From positions 10,377,950-10,441,949 of the forward strand of contig NC_134026.1 in NCBI RefSeq assembly GCF_964204645.1: DNA of 64,000 nucleotides, written 5' to 3'. Origin of the DNA: Tubulanus polymorphus. Lineage: Eukaryota > Animalia > Nemertea. Numbering within the stretch: the first letter of the stretch is position 1; the number at the start of each line of letters is the position of its first letter. Under the pieces are notes generated by a model. It saw nothing but the letters and a program-made list of their open reading frames with translations. It did no database searches and was not told where the DNA came from. Positions 29,701 to 44,700 of the stretch are shown piece by piece. Position numbers and translations under genes: made by a program.

Positions 29701-32700
29701 CACCATTTTGACCGACTAATCCCATTAACTTATCATTTCTATTTATGCCTGCCGCTTCTGATATATTCATACATCAATTACTATTGAAATACGTCTTCCC
29801 ATGATTTTCAATGCAATATAACATTTCGACGTTCAAATAGGGCTCATTATATAATCACAGGAAGACATTCTACATCTTTGTCAATAATATTTTGCAAAAT
29901 AGTTTGTATGTGTACACATAGACCAGTGATGTTTTGCACATTGATTTACGGTTGTGATTTGTAAAATGACACTGAATGGTTAACATTGTTTAGGTTTCAT
30001 AATGGTAACGTTTTATAAGGCGTCAAAAAATAAAAGGGCACTTCTACAATCATGAGTACTGCTCAGGCGGGGCTGGATCCGCCCCTGGGTTTAAAACTTC
30101 TAAAAAAAATGCTTGACTCATATTCATAGCACGGCAATCAAAATCTATAAGTTTAGAATGATTCTTACTCAGGTATCTTTTCATTCTCGGTGATTTATAT
30201 TTCTTGAACTGTGCCACTGCACTACTCAACAAAGGTATGATAATCCACTGAAAGAAATCCGATGTTATCATTCTCATTATCATTTAAGGTGAGTTTGTAC
30301 AATTGTGAAATTATTTGCATACTCAAACATTATATCAGAGCATAATAAGAGACATAGTTAATCCTATATATAATGTGCCTTCTTACTGAATGATCGACTT
30401 GCCATTCCAGATTCTGCAAAGCCTTAATTCCATCTCTTTCTTTCAAAGCATCAGGAGGATCAATACCTGTAAAATGCAGATGAAAAGCCTATACCATACT
30501 CATTAAGCTGACATTTAAAAGACAACATCATACTTTAACTGACAGTGAACAAATATGGACCCAGTTCAACAGTTGTGAGTTAGAGTAAGTTCATTTTTAA
30601 TGAGTTAACTCAAGAGTCAAATCTTAACTCAGAACTGTGGAACTGGCTCCTGAGGACTATAGGTTAAAACCTGTTGATATTTTTCTCAAAAACCATTTTT
30701 CCGTCTAGAGATGAGAACTTTTGACACTACGATGGCCTCCAATTGCGTAACAAATGATTGTAATAAAACCTGTCTGTTATGTTAAAGATCCCTTCTCAAA
30801 GTATACTGAAAAGTGGCAAACCTTTAATAAGCTACCGGTCATAGAATTCAGGCCAAAACGACCTTTTTGGGCAGAAAATGTTACAGGACAGCCATCCTTT
30901 GTCTAATCAACCCAACTTTTCTCCTCAAAATTTCCCTTGGAAACTTCTTTCTCTTTTCTCGGATTTGCAATAACATATAAACAGCTGATAAAGATGAAAT
31001 CACGGTGCACCTTGTAGTAAGCATGTTCAACTTTTTGATATACATGGTAATGGGTTTTCCCTATAACTCACTAGCACATGGCAAAACAATAATAAGGATA
31101 AAAAATTGATAAGGACATCACAGGGAAAGCCCTTCTGAAGGGCTTTCCCAGTGATGTCCATATGCAAAGCCCTATGACCTCGAAACTCACCATAATCATG
31201 GAACATGTCATGAGCTACAACTTTGCAATTGATCATGGCAAGAAAGTATGCCTAGGTACCAATATTATAAGGAAATACTAAGTAATTCTACTATTCAACG
31301 CCCTCTAGTGACCATATAGAGCTACAACTTTCCAATTGATTGTGGTAACAAAATATGCATAGGTACGAATATAATATAGAAATACTAAATTAATGCATTG
31401 TTCAACGCCCCCTTGTGGCCATATGCAAAAACCAATGACCTTGAAACTCACCACAATCATAGACGATGTCATGAGCTACAACTTTCCAATGGATTGTAGT
31501 AGCAAAATATGAATAGGTACGAATATAATATAGAAATACTAAGTTATTGTATTGTTCAACGCCCCCTGGTGGCCATATACAAAAACCAACCAATGACCTT
31601 GAAACTCCCTACGATTATAGTCCATGTCATGAGCTACAACCTTCCAATTGATTGTGGCCACAAAATATGCTTAAGTATCAATATAATGTGGAAAAACTTT
31701 TTTCCACCTACGAATGAGTACTGATGACACATGATGGCCGCCAATTGCGTCATAATTACCTGATCAAATATACCTGTCTCGGGTATAAGAGATACCTTTC
31801 CAAAGAATACCCATCACAAATTGCAATGAAAAATGGCACGCCATTAGGAAGCTACAGGACTCAGAATTCAGGCCAAAATTGACATTTTTGGGCACAAAAA
31901 AGGTCACAGGACAGCCATCTTGGGTCTGATCGACCCACTTTGTTATGCTGATGGGCCCTAGGGGAATTGAAATATATACGAACGATCGAGGTAATTGATA
32001 AAAGCGTCTTCAAAATTTCCCTCAAAAACTTCGAAAATGTGTATTAAGTGCTGATTTGGGTGAACAACAATGGCTGCCAGTCGGCCATCTTGAATCTGAC
32101 AGGGCCAGTTTTAGGGCTGAAGATGTGTCTAGGGTAGATACATGTATAAACCAAATATCAAGACATTACCTTGAAGTGTCTTCAAAACTTCCCAAAATTA
32201 CTGGATTCCGTCTATGGACGGACGGACGGATGACGGACGAAAAGTGAACGCAATAGCCTGCTGGGACTGAAGTCCCAAGTGGGCAAAAAATGACATTGTA
32301 CAACATAAATTCAGGGAGTAGCATAGATCATAGATCATTGGTTGAATACATAGAAACATGCTTTACTTACTTTGGTGTCCTTGCCTCCATGGTCTTTGTC
32401 CATAGTAGTCTAAATTGTCCAGATTTTCAAGAGGATCTGGCACTGGGGTTGATGCAGCTGGCTGAAAAATTCAAATGATAAGTTTATTCATTATCTCTTA
32501 CGTATAATTCTTAGAATTTCTTTTCGGAGGGAGAAGTTAAAACCTACGTACATGGCATAATCCTCGACACAGTTGTTTTCGAGCTATGGAATGATTTGCC
32601 GCCTGTTGATAGTAGAATCCAGGATGCTGTGTTTGAACTGCTGTCAAACCAAACTTAATAGCCTCATCAAACAAATCTCCAAACACTTGAAACCTAGGGT

Positions 32701-35700
32701 CAAAATTTTTTAGATTTGTATATCCTAATATAACCTCGCTAACTGGAACAAGAGGACCATGAGGTCCTGTAAACGCGCATATTTTCCTAAGCTTCACAGG
32801 CGCGGATCCAGAGGGGGGTTTCAGGGGTCGTGACCCCCCTGCTCAGCTACCAAAAAAATGTTTTAATTGTTTTCTTGAAGGAATGTACTCAAGACAAAGC
32901 GGACGAACAGGACAAAGCGGATTGAACAGGACAAAGCGGATTGATTCAGGATTGGCAATAAAATTCAGAATGCCACATGGCTGAATTGTTATATCAGATG
33001 ATGCAGTAGATATGACATCTGTTGGAAGTATTTTAGGATCAGCACAATAGACCACTCATAAACCAACCAGACACTCTGAAGCGAAGTGATGACAGTCGGT
33101 GATCATAAAACATTAGTTAACCTAGTTTTGGATTCTGAATGCCCGTTAAGTTTGATCTATACACTCACAGTTCGTCAACTATCTTGTCTTTTATATTACT
33201 AAAACACGTTCCACAAATTGAGTGTCACACAATCGGATGTAATAAATGTCATAGGATATTAGTATCAGTGTCATATCTCAAGGGTGTGTCATCAAAGTTT
33301 GAATTTGAAAGGTGAAGTTTGTTTTTTCTGACGTCATCATGTGGAGCCAGCGGCCATTGTTTTTTAAACATATAAGAAGCAAGACATTTCATCTCTGATT
33401 TTCTAATAACCACAGATACAATATCAATAACCCCAGGAACTCTAACTTTATCCCAAGCCCATCGGTAAGTGCCTGTGATGCTGCAGCAGGGTGACTACTA
33501 TCTACTTGTTCCGTGTTTTTGCTGTAAAGCAAGACTTTATCTGTGGTCTGATGAAGGACGGCAGTAGGAAAGGCCAGATTTGTTATATTGACAGCAACAT
33601 ATACAGACTAATATCTTTTTCATAGGAATTCTAATTTCCCATATGAAAAGATGATTATGAAGTTGTAAAATTATGATGACAAGTGCGAAGAGCACAAAAC
33701 ACAATTCGCGAGAGAAAATGTGCAAACAACATAAATACCATTTCCCTGTGTTTCCTGAGATTTAATCAAGTTTATCTCAATGTCACATGATGTCTCGATT
33801 TTAATGAAGTGCTTGGACTACTCACTGCTTAGCCATCCAAGCACTGTGTTCAAATGCTAGTTCTGGACTGCCCACACGACTTTTGAAGAAATCAATATGT
33901 TTTCGAAACTGCGCAATGGAATCTAATGGAACATTGTGTTGGAAAGATATACGACAAATCTGCAAAAGGAAGAAAAAATACACATATACAAATATTTTTG
34001 AGATGGCAGAACGATACCTTTATAACATTTCAAATAGTTGTGATTGAGACGTGATGAGAATAGTTGGATTCGGTTTAATCCAAATTGTAGAAGAAATAAA
34101 AGTGAAACAAAATTGTAATATTTACTTCGAATACATTCCCTGGGAAAATACACTATAGCCAGAATCCCAAAGAATGGAGGAGGGAGGCGACCAAAAGTCG
34201 ATTTAAATTCTCTACACTTACACTCACCATAAAACTCTCTGCAGAAAACCGCAACAAACCCCAGGTGAGCCAGTGGAAAACCAAAAATCAGGGAGCTACC
34301 GTGCTGCTTCCTTTTCAGTTCCTAACTGTACTGGTAGATAATAACATGCCTATTATGACCCCGTTACGTTTGAGTCGAAAAAAGGAAATCAAACAACCCG
34401 GTGTCAACTGACTCCCGGATACCTTAGTAAGGCACTGACTGCCATTACCTCGATATTAACCTAAACCAGTAGGTAAAAAACTTAAACTCTAGAAGCAGCC
34501 TTGCCCAGGCTATATAAATGAAATCATGATTCATGTCTAAACTTAATACCTATAACAAAAGGAACCCTTACCACTAACTGTCTTAAGGTAACCTAGGCCC
34601 TGTAAAAGATGCCCACAACTTATATACATCAACTTTCTTATAGCTGAATACAGAAGAAACCCTTTAATCCCCAGGACCTGGTTTAAAAAGGTCTAACTGG
34701 GCCCGATGTTTTTTGGGTTTTTGTACGCTTATTCGTTGTGCAGTAACAATTGGACCCAACGTGGACAGTGAGCCTAACTGTCCAGAAACGTCCTTCAAAT
34801 AAAATGACGAGAAGGTAGATGGAGACGTCCAGAAGGCTGAACGACAAACCTGTTCCAAGGAAGCCCCCGTGAATAATGACCAGGATGTGGCTAATGCCCT
34901 CACCTGATGAGAATGTATCCCGAGCGGAGCCTGGGCCCCCTGAGAATGCAGAGTTTCTTTAATTAAAGATACAATCCATCTAGCGATTGTGTCCCTTGAG
35001 ATATCTCTCTTATCCCCTTGTCGGAGAGGAATAAAGAGCCTCTCCCTATCTTGTCTGTGGGGAAGTGTCCTCTCTAGGTACTCCTTTAAAGCTCTTACTG
35101 GACAGAGCGACGTATCAGGAAGATCGTGAGATACCCTATGCGTCAAAGCCTCGATCTTCCAAGATCTGGCTGCTACGGAAGCCTTTTGATTCTTGGCAAT
35201 GAAACTAAGACCAGGCCTTAAAATGACAAACCTATCTTGTGGACCAAAGGAAATATGACCCGGACGCATCGATAAAGCATGAACCTCCGAACGCCTCGCG
35301 GCCATCGCTAAGAACAGTAAGAACACCGTTTTCTTAGATAAGTCTGACAGGGTAGTATTGCGGATAGGCTCGAAGGGAGTGATCATAAGTGCTCTAAGAA
35401 CCACTGTTAAGTCCCATGGCGGGATATCTGAAACCTGTTTGGGTCTCTTAACCCCAAAACCTGATATCAATTGAGCTATTTTCACATCCTCCGTCAGTAC
35501 AGGGACGCCCGCTGAACGAAAAGTATGCCCTATTGCTGATCTGTAGCCTTTAATGGTTATAACCTATTCTTCTCTTCGAACAGGAAATAGAAAAAATCTA
35601 TTAACTCTGACACAGAGGGGTGGAGAGAATCCACCGCTCTCCTATTACACCAATCGGAGTAACATTCCCATTTGGAATCGTACAATGCTCCGGTAGAGGG

Positions 35701-38700
35701 ACGTTTGGATTCCACGATAAATCTGGCTGCCCCCGAAGAAATTCCTTGGTTTGAAAGCTGTCGCTTGACAATGGCCAGGCGTGTAGATTCAATTGGAATT
35801 GATTTGGGTGTAACTTGAATCGTCCCTGGGACAGTAACCCGGGGTAATTGGGTAGAGTGCGAGGGAAGTCCACCAGTAGATGCAGGAGTCTGACGAACCA
35901 TGTCTGAGTCGGCCAACAGGGAGCCACTAAGACCACTTGACAGTTGACTGCCCCCTTTATCTTCTCCAACACTCGATTGAGTAGGGGAGTGGGGGGAAAG
36001 GCATAAGCCAGCAGGTTGTCCCAACTCAGAGATAGAGCGTCCACCCCCCACGCCAAGTCGTCTTGAAATGGGGACACAAACACCGGACACCTCGTGTTGA
36101 AGCGAGTGGCAAACAGGTCCACGTTCGGACTTCCCATCAGGGCCCGGACTTGATTGGCTACCCTGACTGCCAATGTCCACTCGGTGGCTACTGGCTTGTC
36201 TTGGCGAGACAGAGCGTCGGCCACCACATTCAGGCTGCCGGCCAGGTGGGATACCGAAAGAATCATCCCTTGAGCCTGGACCCAGGTCAGAATCTGAGCT
36301 GCTAAGTTGGATAATGTTGGGGACCTGGTCCCCCCCTGGTTGAGCAAATAAGCCTTTACTGTGGAGTTGTCTGTTGACAGCCACACATGATGACCCCCTA
36401 ACCTCCTTTTGAAGTGTTTGAAGGCCTTTTGAACCGCTAACAGTTCCAGGTGATTTATGTGGAGATGAGCTTCTGCTCGAGACCAGTTCCCGGCTTTCTG
36501 AAAACCTTCTACATGTGCTCCCCAGCCCTGATGGCTGGCATCCGTGAATAGATGAATCGGGGCCTTCAATGGTGCTAGGGAGGTGCCTCTTGTCAAGTTC
36601 TGCGCGAGAGTCCACCACTCGAGGTCGGGGATTAGGTTCACCGGTGGTACCGGCAATAAGGTATCCCACTCTTCCCCTACCGATCTCCAAGCTTGCTTCC
36701 AGAATCTTTGAAGAGAACGGCTGTGTAAACGACCGAGCAGAACTACGAGTGCAACGGAACTCATCTGGCCCAAAACCTGGGACCAGGACCGAGCCGATCT
36801 GGGCGCCCCCGTCAGGACACCAAGCTGCCTCCCTCAGCTTCTGAACTCTGGCCTGTGCTGGTCTGACTAAGGCCTATGAGGTTATGATATAACGATTTAG
36901 AGCTGACAGATCTATTACCGTCCTTAAGCCCCCAGATGATTTTGGGACGGTGAAAATTCTTGAATACCATCCCGGGGATCCTAGAGGGATTTCTTCCAGC
37001 GATCTTTTTAAAATCATCTTGTTGATCGCTGGCATAACGTGGGACTCCTGCCCCCACTTCAGCCTCATTTCCACCCGCTGATGAGATAGATGCGGTTTGT
37101 GAACGAATTTCAGTCGGTATCCTTTGGAAACGATCTTTGTAGCCCAAGTGTCGCCAAATTTTTCTAGCCAGTGGGAAGAGGCGTCTTGAAGGCAAGAGCC
37201 CACTGGCCTGACATCTTCAACGGGTACCTGTGTTGGCGCGGCCACGAAAGGGTCGATTGAAGCCCCTACGTAATCTAGCCCTACCCCTTTGGGGATTGTC
37301 ACTGTAAGAACTTTGAGAATAACTGACATAGTTCAAATTGTTATTGTTGTCGCTTTGAGCTCTCTTGGAGCTTGTCCAACCCGCTTTTTTGAAGCTTAAT
37401 TTCCTGTTGACTTGAGATTGATTGTATCCGGGCTGATTTGCCGGTGAGTTTCTGTAAGTAGAGTTGCCGGCGTAATAACTAGGCTTTTTTGGTGTCTTCC
37501 ATGACTGCCTACCGGCCTTAGCCTGAGATTCTCTGATCTTGGTGGCCTCCGCATCGGCGGATGCGCAGCACCCAGAGAAAACCCGTGAGGAATTGCCCAG
37601 CGGTGCTCTGTATAGAGCTACTTTCACCGGTTCTGGAAGTTTGGAGTTGGCCAACAAGCTATATCTATTGATCAAGGCTAGGTTAGCCTGGATCCTTATA
37701 CCCAAAGGTACTTGGTGACACAACGCCTTGGCCATAGACTGTAGAATTCTCTCTATGGTCGCCACGTGTTCGGACATTGTCTCTAGATCCGGATTATCCT
37801 GGACTAGTTGAGACTTTACTTTTTCTAACTCGCCGTGCATGGCAACTAGTGAAATGTCTTGGAAAGACGTGATTTGACAAATGCTACGAGCTAATTGGTT
37901 CAACGCTCCCATTGCTTGTTTTGGTAAAGTGTAGGAGGGCGGTGGTTTTTTGGGTAGTCCTATCGTGGTTGACCCATCAGAGTCTAACTCAAAGTGTGGT
38001 TTGAATCCGGGATCATCAGCACCTGGTGTGGCGTAATAATAAGTCTTGTACCCTGATATGGGCGGATACAACGGAGAGAAAAATTTTGAATCCTTCATGC
38101 CTGCCTCTAATGGAGGATAAGACCAAGTATTGTCTGTACGCTTACCACCCCACAGTGTCGTGTCCAAAGTCTCACGCCATTCTTCTCTATATGCAGAATG
38201 TGGTGCTAAAACTAACTCTTCGGTGTCATCGGATGGACTGAAGATTTTGGCGGCCGACCCTCTTAGGCTGGGTTGTTTTAGGTTTGGCCTTGGTACCTCC
38301 GTACCGGGAGAAAACTTCTTTTACTAAGGAATGTCTCCCGTCTCTTCCATTGTGGATGGTGACGGAGAGCACGATCTGTGCATGTCTCCGTCCCTGGATA
38401 GACCAGGATCTTCTGGATCACGAGATTTTTCCTCGTCAGAAAAATCGTTGACATCATCCAACACTAACCCATCAGTTGGGTTGCAGGACAGCCCTGTTGG
38501 CACTGATGGAGGCTTGGGGCCCGGGGGTTCCTTACCTTTTAGTTGTTCCTTAAGGGAAGCGATCTCCTGCGAGAATATCGCTAGCATATTCTTGATGTCA
38601 CTAGAGTCAGACGGCTTATCAGCCGGTGATCTAGAACGTGAGCGACGACGTTGTTGCTTATGAGCACGCTTGCGCCTACGCCTGGTAGGTGACGGAGAAT

Positions 38701-41700
38701 AGGTTCGACTTACTCTAGAACGGGACCTAGAACGAGACCTTGACCCAGAGCTGGGGTCAGACGGTGAACGACGTCGTTTTTTATTAAAGCGCTGGTGCCT
38801 ACGTCTAGTAGGAGACGAAGAGTCGGACCGACTAAATCTCGATCGGGACCTGGACCTAGACAGGGATCGTCCCGGATCATTGCCCTGTTTCCGAGTATCC
38901 GGGCATTCAGGTGTATCAACCTTGCCCGATGAGGACGCTGGGGTCTTAGAAGGTGTATCAACCTTGCCCCAACGTTTAAATCTCGCTCCCCTAGGGGAGC
39001 TGGAGACGTCGTGATCCGACATGTTAATTATTGATACGATTTTTAGTACAGATTATTAATTTTCGTGAATGATGAGACGGAAATCAATTACGTTGAATGA
39101 TAATTATTAAATATATAAGGCGGGAGGAGCCGCTAAGAAAACAGCACGGCGCCCCCGCGAAACCGGAAGTAGAAAACCGGTGGCAAAATGTTGAAATGCG
39201 CATAGATTAAAAACGATCTCACCCGAAGTTCGACTTCTATTCCGAGATCAATCACTCTTATGTCTGTTTCTTATATCAATTAGAACGGATGTCCGATCCA
39301 ACACGAAGAATTTTAACCGATTTACGAGCACTGCCGAAACACGTTCTCTAGAGAACAAGCGCCAAGCAAAAAGAAGATGGCGTCTCGCCAGATGGCGCTA
39401 TGTTACGGCGCCCCTACCAAAAGTTACGGCGCCCCTACCTAATTTCTATAATCACCTTGTAATTAATGAATCCTGCGATTGATTTGATCTCCAGCAAATT
39501 TGTATCATGCATACGTAAGTCCAACACATGACCATAAGCTTGTTTGTAGTGCCTGTGAAAAATAGTGAAGAAACGGTAAAATAATTTGTGTTTCTCTACA
39601 GAAAGAAAAAAACTGCTAAAAATTTACGAAAAATACTCACTTCAATGCAATATGGGTATCTTGCTTGAGCTCGTTGAAAAATGCGATCTTAAATTGGTGT
39701 CGCACGAAAAGCAACTGGAAGAAATATTTGAAATACAATTATTTCAAGTTACTTCAAGTGACTACAATTAAAACAACACAGCTTCCTTCGTTTTTGGTCA
39801 ATAAGGGATAAGGAGAAATACTGAATTCACTACAATCTTTCCATTTTCTAAATTTCCAATTCGGTGCGACAATATAACAACCCGGGGTGGATCATAGGGA
39901 TCCCAATTCCATGTGCCGAGATGAATCATATGAAAGCGCTAACATCAAATATCAAGACAATTAGCTAAAACTTGTTGATATTTTCTTTGAAAATCCTTTT
40001 TCATCTGCAAATGAAGTCTGATAACACTAGATGGCCGCCAAATGCTTGACAATTGACCCTTCCAAAAGTGAAGTTGGCCATCTTGGTTCTGACAGGGTCA
40101 GTTTATAGGCTGCAGATGCGTCTAGGAAAGATATATATAAAGCAAATATCAAGACAAGCCATTGAATCAATTTCAAAACCTCTCAAAATAACTGGATTCC
40201 GTCTACGGACGCACAAATAATCCAATAGTCCATGGGGAATTACCGGGTAAGTCCCAACCTGAATGATATAAAATGACAAACTATGTCAACGCTAGCCTAA
40301 GAATTCAGACCACTATGAATACAAACGGTCACAGGACGGCCATCTTGTCTCCCATCAACCAAATTTTTCGTGATACTAGGCCCTAGGGGAATACATATGC
40401 ATACCACACCTAAAGACAATTAATAAAAGCCTTTTCAAAACTTCCTATGAAAACTTCAAAAATGTGCATGAGGGCTGATTTTGCTGAAGAAATCTTGATT
40501 CTGACTAGGCCAATTTTTGGGCTGACGGACAACAAGTGAATGTTAGTCCCATGTGGCCTAAAAAACCAGAACCAAAATTTTCTCTGACTTCGGCATTTAT
40601 CCTACTAATGGATGGCATGCTGTTTTATACAACAAATGGGCCTACATACCTGATGTGTAGTTTTATTCAGGAATTCCTTATGGGATTTTACTCTCCTCGC
40701 CTCTGTATAATAGTAACTCTGTGCAAGTTCGTAAAATGCATTCTCCAACCTGAATAGAATAGTTCACAATGATCAATGTTATGAAGCACAATCACATCTT
40801 TCTTAATGAAACTTAGATGAGTTATTTCAAAAACGTTATAGTTTTGGTTTCCGAGCAAAATATCTCAACATGAAATACATGCATGTTTCCTTCTAAAAGG
40901 GGACACTTGGTCAAATGCCTGATAATCTGACAATTTCAATATTCAACTCCCCTTGCGAAAAAAGAGAAATTTGTTCTAAACTAGTGACCTTGAAATTCAC
41001 CAAAATCTTAGAACATGTCATAAGCTTCAAATTTGCAATTGAACGTGGTTACAAAACATGCATACTAGAAGGTATCAATTCATATGGAAATAACATCTTA
41101 TTCCACTAATCATATCCTGGTGAAGATATACAGTCACATCAACGACCTTGTAACTCACCGCAATCACAGAACATGTGATGAGCTATAATTTTACAATGAT
41201 TATGTAACAAAATGTGCCTAGCTACCACTACATGGAAATACTAAGTTATTCAGCTATTCAATGCCCCTGGTGACCATATACAACAAGCAGCCTATCAGCT
41301 GATACAGCTCTGCTGTTTTACGATAAGATTTTACAAGGACCACCTACACAGCACTCTCAAGAGTTCAAATCCAGAAAACGGCTCCATAACTTTTTAGCCC
41401 TTGGCCCATAGCATCTACATACCAAGCTTTGTCAATATCAGATAATGATTGTAGGACTAGTAGCATTTGAAAGATTTTACAAGTGTGACCTGTACAGCGC
41501 CAGATTGGGAATATGGCTCAGCAACATTTAGCCCATGGCCAAAAATATTGACATACCAAATTTTGTCAAGATTGGATAATAATTGTAGGACAAGTAGCAA
41601 TTTAAAGATTTTACAAGCGCCACCTGTACAGCGCCCCCTAGAGATCAAATTGGTAAAACAGCTCCATAAATTTTTAGCCCTTGGCCTGTAGTATCTATTT

Positions 41701-44700
41701 ACTAAGTTTCGTCAACATCGGACAATAATTGTAGGACAAGTAGCGATTTAAAGATTTTAGAAGTGCCACCCGTACAGCGCCCCCTAGAGATCAAATTGGA
41801 AAAACGGCTCTATAACTTTTAAGCCCTTGACCCATATTAGCTTCATACCGAGTTTGGTCAAGATTAGAAAAGAACTGTAGCACTAGTTGCAAATTGAAGC
41901 AAAAGTTGACGGACGGACGGACAGACGATGACGGATAATCACTCTAACCCATCAGCTCTGCTGACCTTCGGTCACAGCCGAACCAATAACCTTGAAAATT
42001 ACTTCAAGCATAGCACTTGTCATGAGCTACAAACTTGCAATTGATTGCGGTTGCAAAATATGCATCAGTTCCAATATAAATAGACAAATTGTAGGCCTAT
42101 ATAATTCAATATTCAACTCCCCATGGTGACGAGATACAATAATAAAGTAATCCCAATTTCATGAGAGGACATAGGACGTATCCTATGACAGTGCTAATAG
42201 TAATAATCAAATACCAAGATTATAACCTCCAAAAACCTTTTTTTAAGAAACCTTTTGTTTCAGCATTCAGCGAAAACGAAGGTGTCACCGGAATACGGTT
42301 AAAAAAGTTCTTTTCATTTTAAATAGGATCCAATTGCTTTCTAACTTTATACATAGGTAGGGGCTGAACCGGGGAGCTAGACAATTTTAGATTTTTTCCA
42401 TCCAAGAAAGTGGTTTTCCATGAAGATAGTGTATTTTTGCAGCTGCATTACCAGCTTTTTTTTATCTAACATGTCACACCATGGGGCTGCCATCTTGATT
42501 CTCGCGTTAGTCTTGTGAGTCAGAAAATGAGATGGTTCGAATCCCATCAACGTTGAATGAGAACACTAGGGGCCGACTAGGATATCAATCCGGATAATGT
42601 GGTGAATTCCGTGAAATAGTGTAAATGGAAGAATAGTAGAAAACGACTGTGGTAACAGCTAATGGACTGGTTGCCTGTCAAATTCTGAGTCTAGACTGGT
42701 TGCCTGTCTAACATTGAATTATCTAAACGCACGTGTATCTTCTTAACTGTACAGCGAGATATATCCGCTTTCACACCACCTCGCCTTCTACGGTGCACGA
42801 TTGATTTTTTGAATGTTAATGTAACAACAACGATCGCGCTTATGAAAGCGTCACCAAGTGAGCATCGTCATTCTTCAGCCATCATCGCTAAGAATAACGA
42901 TGCTTTATAGTGAATTGGAAGAGCTCACCCTACCCCCTGCTTTATATTTTACACGAAATTTATATCGATCTCGGAGACTACAAAATCGCGAGCAAAACAG
43001 CTGATTTCCGCTGATCCGCGGAACTCTGGGATCCCTGTATAACTTTTCAAATATATATGAAAGATTAAAATAATTGATCTAGGTGTCAAATCTCCCACAA
43101 AAAACTTCAAAAATTCATAAAAAATGCTGATTTTGGTTAATATTAATGGCTGCCAGTCGGCCATCCTCATTCTGATCAGGCCAGTTTTTGGGCTGAAGAT
43201 GTGTATAGGGTACATGTATTAACTAAATACCATGAAGCATCTTCAAAACATTCCAAAATAACCGACTTCCGTCTATGGACAAACAAATGGATGAAAATGA
43301 ATGAAAAAGCCTGTTGGGACTTAAATCCCAAGTGGTCTAAAAGTTAAACTTTCCATCTTCCTAGTATATGGGTATAAATCTTTGGGGAAATTTATATGCA
43401 GGGGTGCAAAATTCAGGGCAGAGATCCTTGAGACACAGCCTCAGTAAACAAGTCAATAGTGTTGAGTTAATTATTTCAAGATTTGTAAATGAAAACTTAC
43501 CTAATAGTATAGCCTAAGAGGTGGTCCGTATGTGGGAGAACAAACAACGATTTAGCCGATAATTCACAAGCACTGCACAATGAAGCTGCCCGTTCAGCTG
43601 CAATCACATCCTCCCCTACAATATATAACAGAGTTCCTGCACTAATCGTCCCATGAAATTTCATGGCTTTCCATGACTTTTCTTCCCAATTTTCCATGTT
43701 ATTTCCTGAAACTCAAAAATCGCATGACTTCCCAGACTAGTAGGGAACTTCAAGTCATGTGAGAAGTTCATCAGAGCCAAAAAATTACCCAGGGAGGGAG
43801 GGAGGGAGGAAGAATATGACATGCCCGGCCTAGGAGGAGAGAGGCAGTGAGAATACATTGTCCTGTCTAGAGGCACTACGGTACTGGCTTCCCCCATTCC
43901 AAGGGTCTGAAACCACTTTGACACACTGCTTCTCAAAGCCTTATTACATTAGTCAACCATACAAGTACCAGTTGCATACTATTTCATTCTTGAATTAAAT
44001 TATGTAGGCCTACCTGGCGGTAGAGGAGCATTTTTCTGAATGAGAACAACAGCAACTTTAGTGCTTCTGCCTTGGAGGCTACTCCTAAAATGAAATTAAG
44101 AATATGTGTGTATCAGTATTAAGCATAGCATTGAATATCACTGTAATAATGTGTACTCTTCTATGATTTGAGGGGACTATCTTTCATGATTCGATCTCTA
44201 AAATTATAAAGGACATACATGTGCATATGTAAAATACAATGAACATCTAAATATCTCATTCATTTATTACCAATAGTCTGCCAAGGCTGCAGCAGGATAT
44301 ACAGTCAACTCGTGATATACCACCGACATCGGTGCAGAACGGTTTTACGGTATAGAGAGTATGGCAGTATATCGGGGTGTTTTACTATGTATTTGTATAG
44401 AGATGCACATTGAGAAAACCTGGCAGTAGGCAGGAGTGGGGGTATATGAGAGGGCGGTATATCAGGGGTTGATGGTATATTGACAAAATCTCACTGAAAC
44501 CTCTTGGCAGTAGGTAAGTAGGTATGATAATGCGAATGTACAAAAATGCAATTTATCATGTTTGAGTTCCAGAGACTTCTTTGTTGATGTGTTGATGCCA
44601 ACTATAATAAGAATTCCAATGCAAGTTCCTCAAGCAAAAGCTTGCGATCACCAACCTAACCATGTTTGATGAAAATAATCTAGGCCTATATGATAACAAC

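Larger units (their letters stand above)
34110..39440 (-). mobile_element. DIRS1-like tyrosine-recombinase retrotransposon, defective copy in TRAPPC11 intron 7
   Basis: Order gag, RT/RNase H/methyltransferase, then an overlapping tyrosine recombinase. GC content is higher than the flanks. Boundaries are approximate; no ITR pair or ICR could be confirmed. Confidence 0.92.

Noticed and set aside
35557-36690. Independent 377-aa gene
   Set aside because: It is the overlapping DIRS recombinase reading frame; only its C-terminal part is recognisable recombinase sequence.
38324-39022. SR-type splicing factor gene
   Set aside because: It has no RRM, is intronless, and is in frame with the rest of DIRS ORF1. 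It is the low-complexity gag N-terminus.
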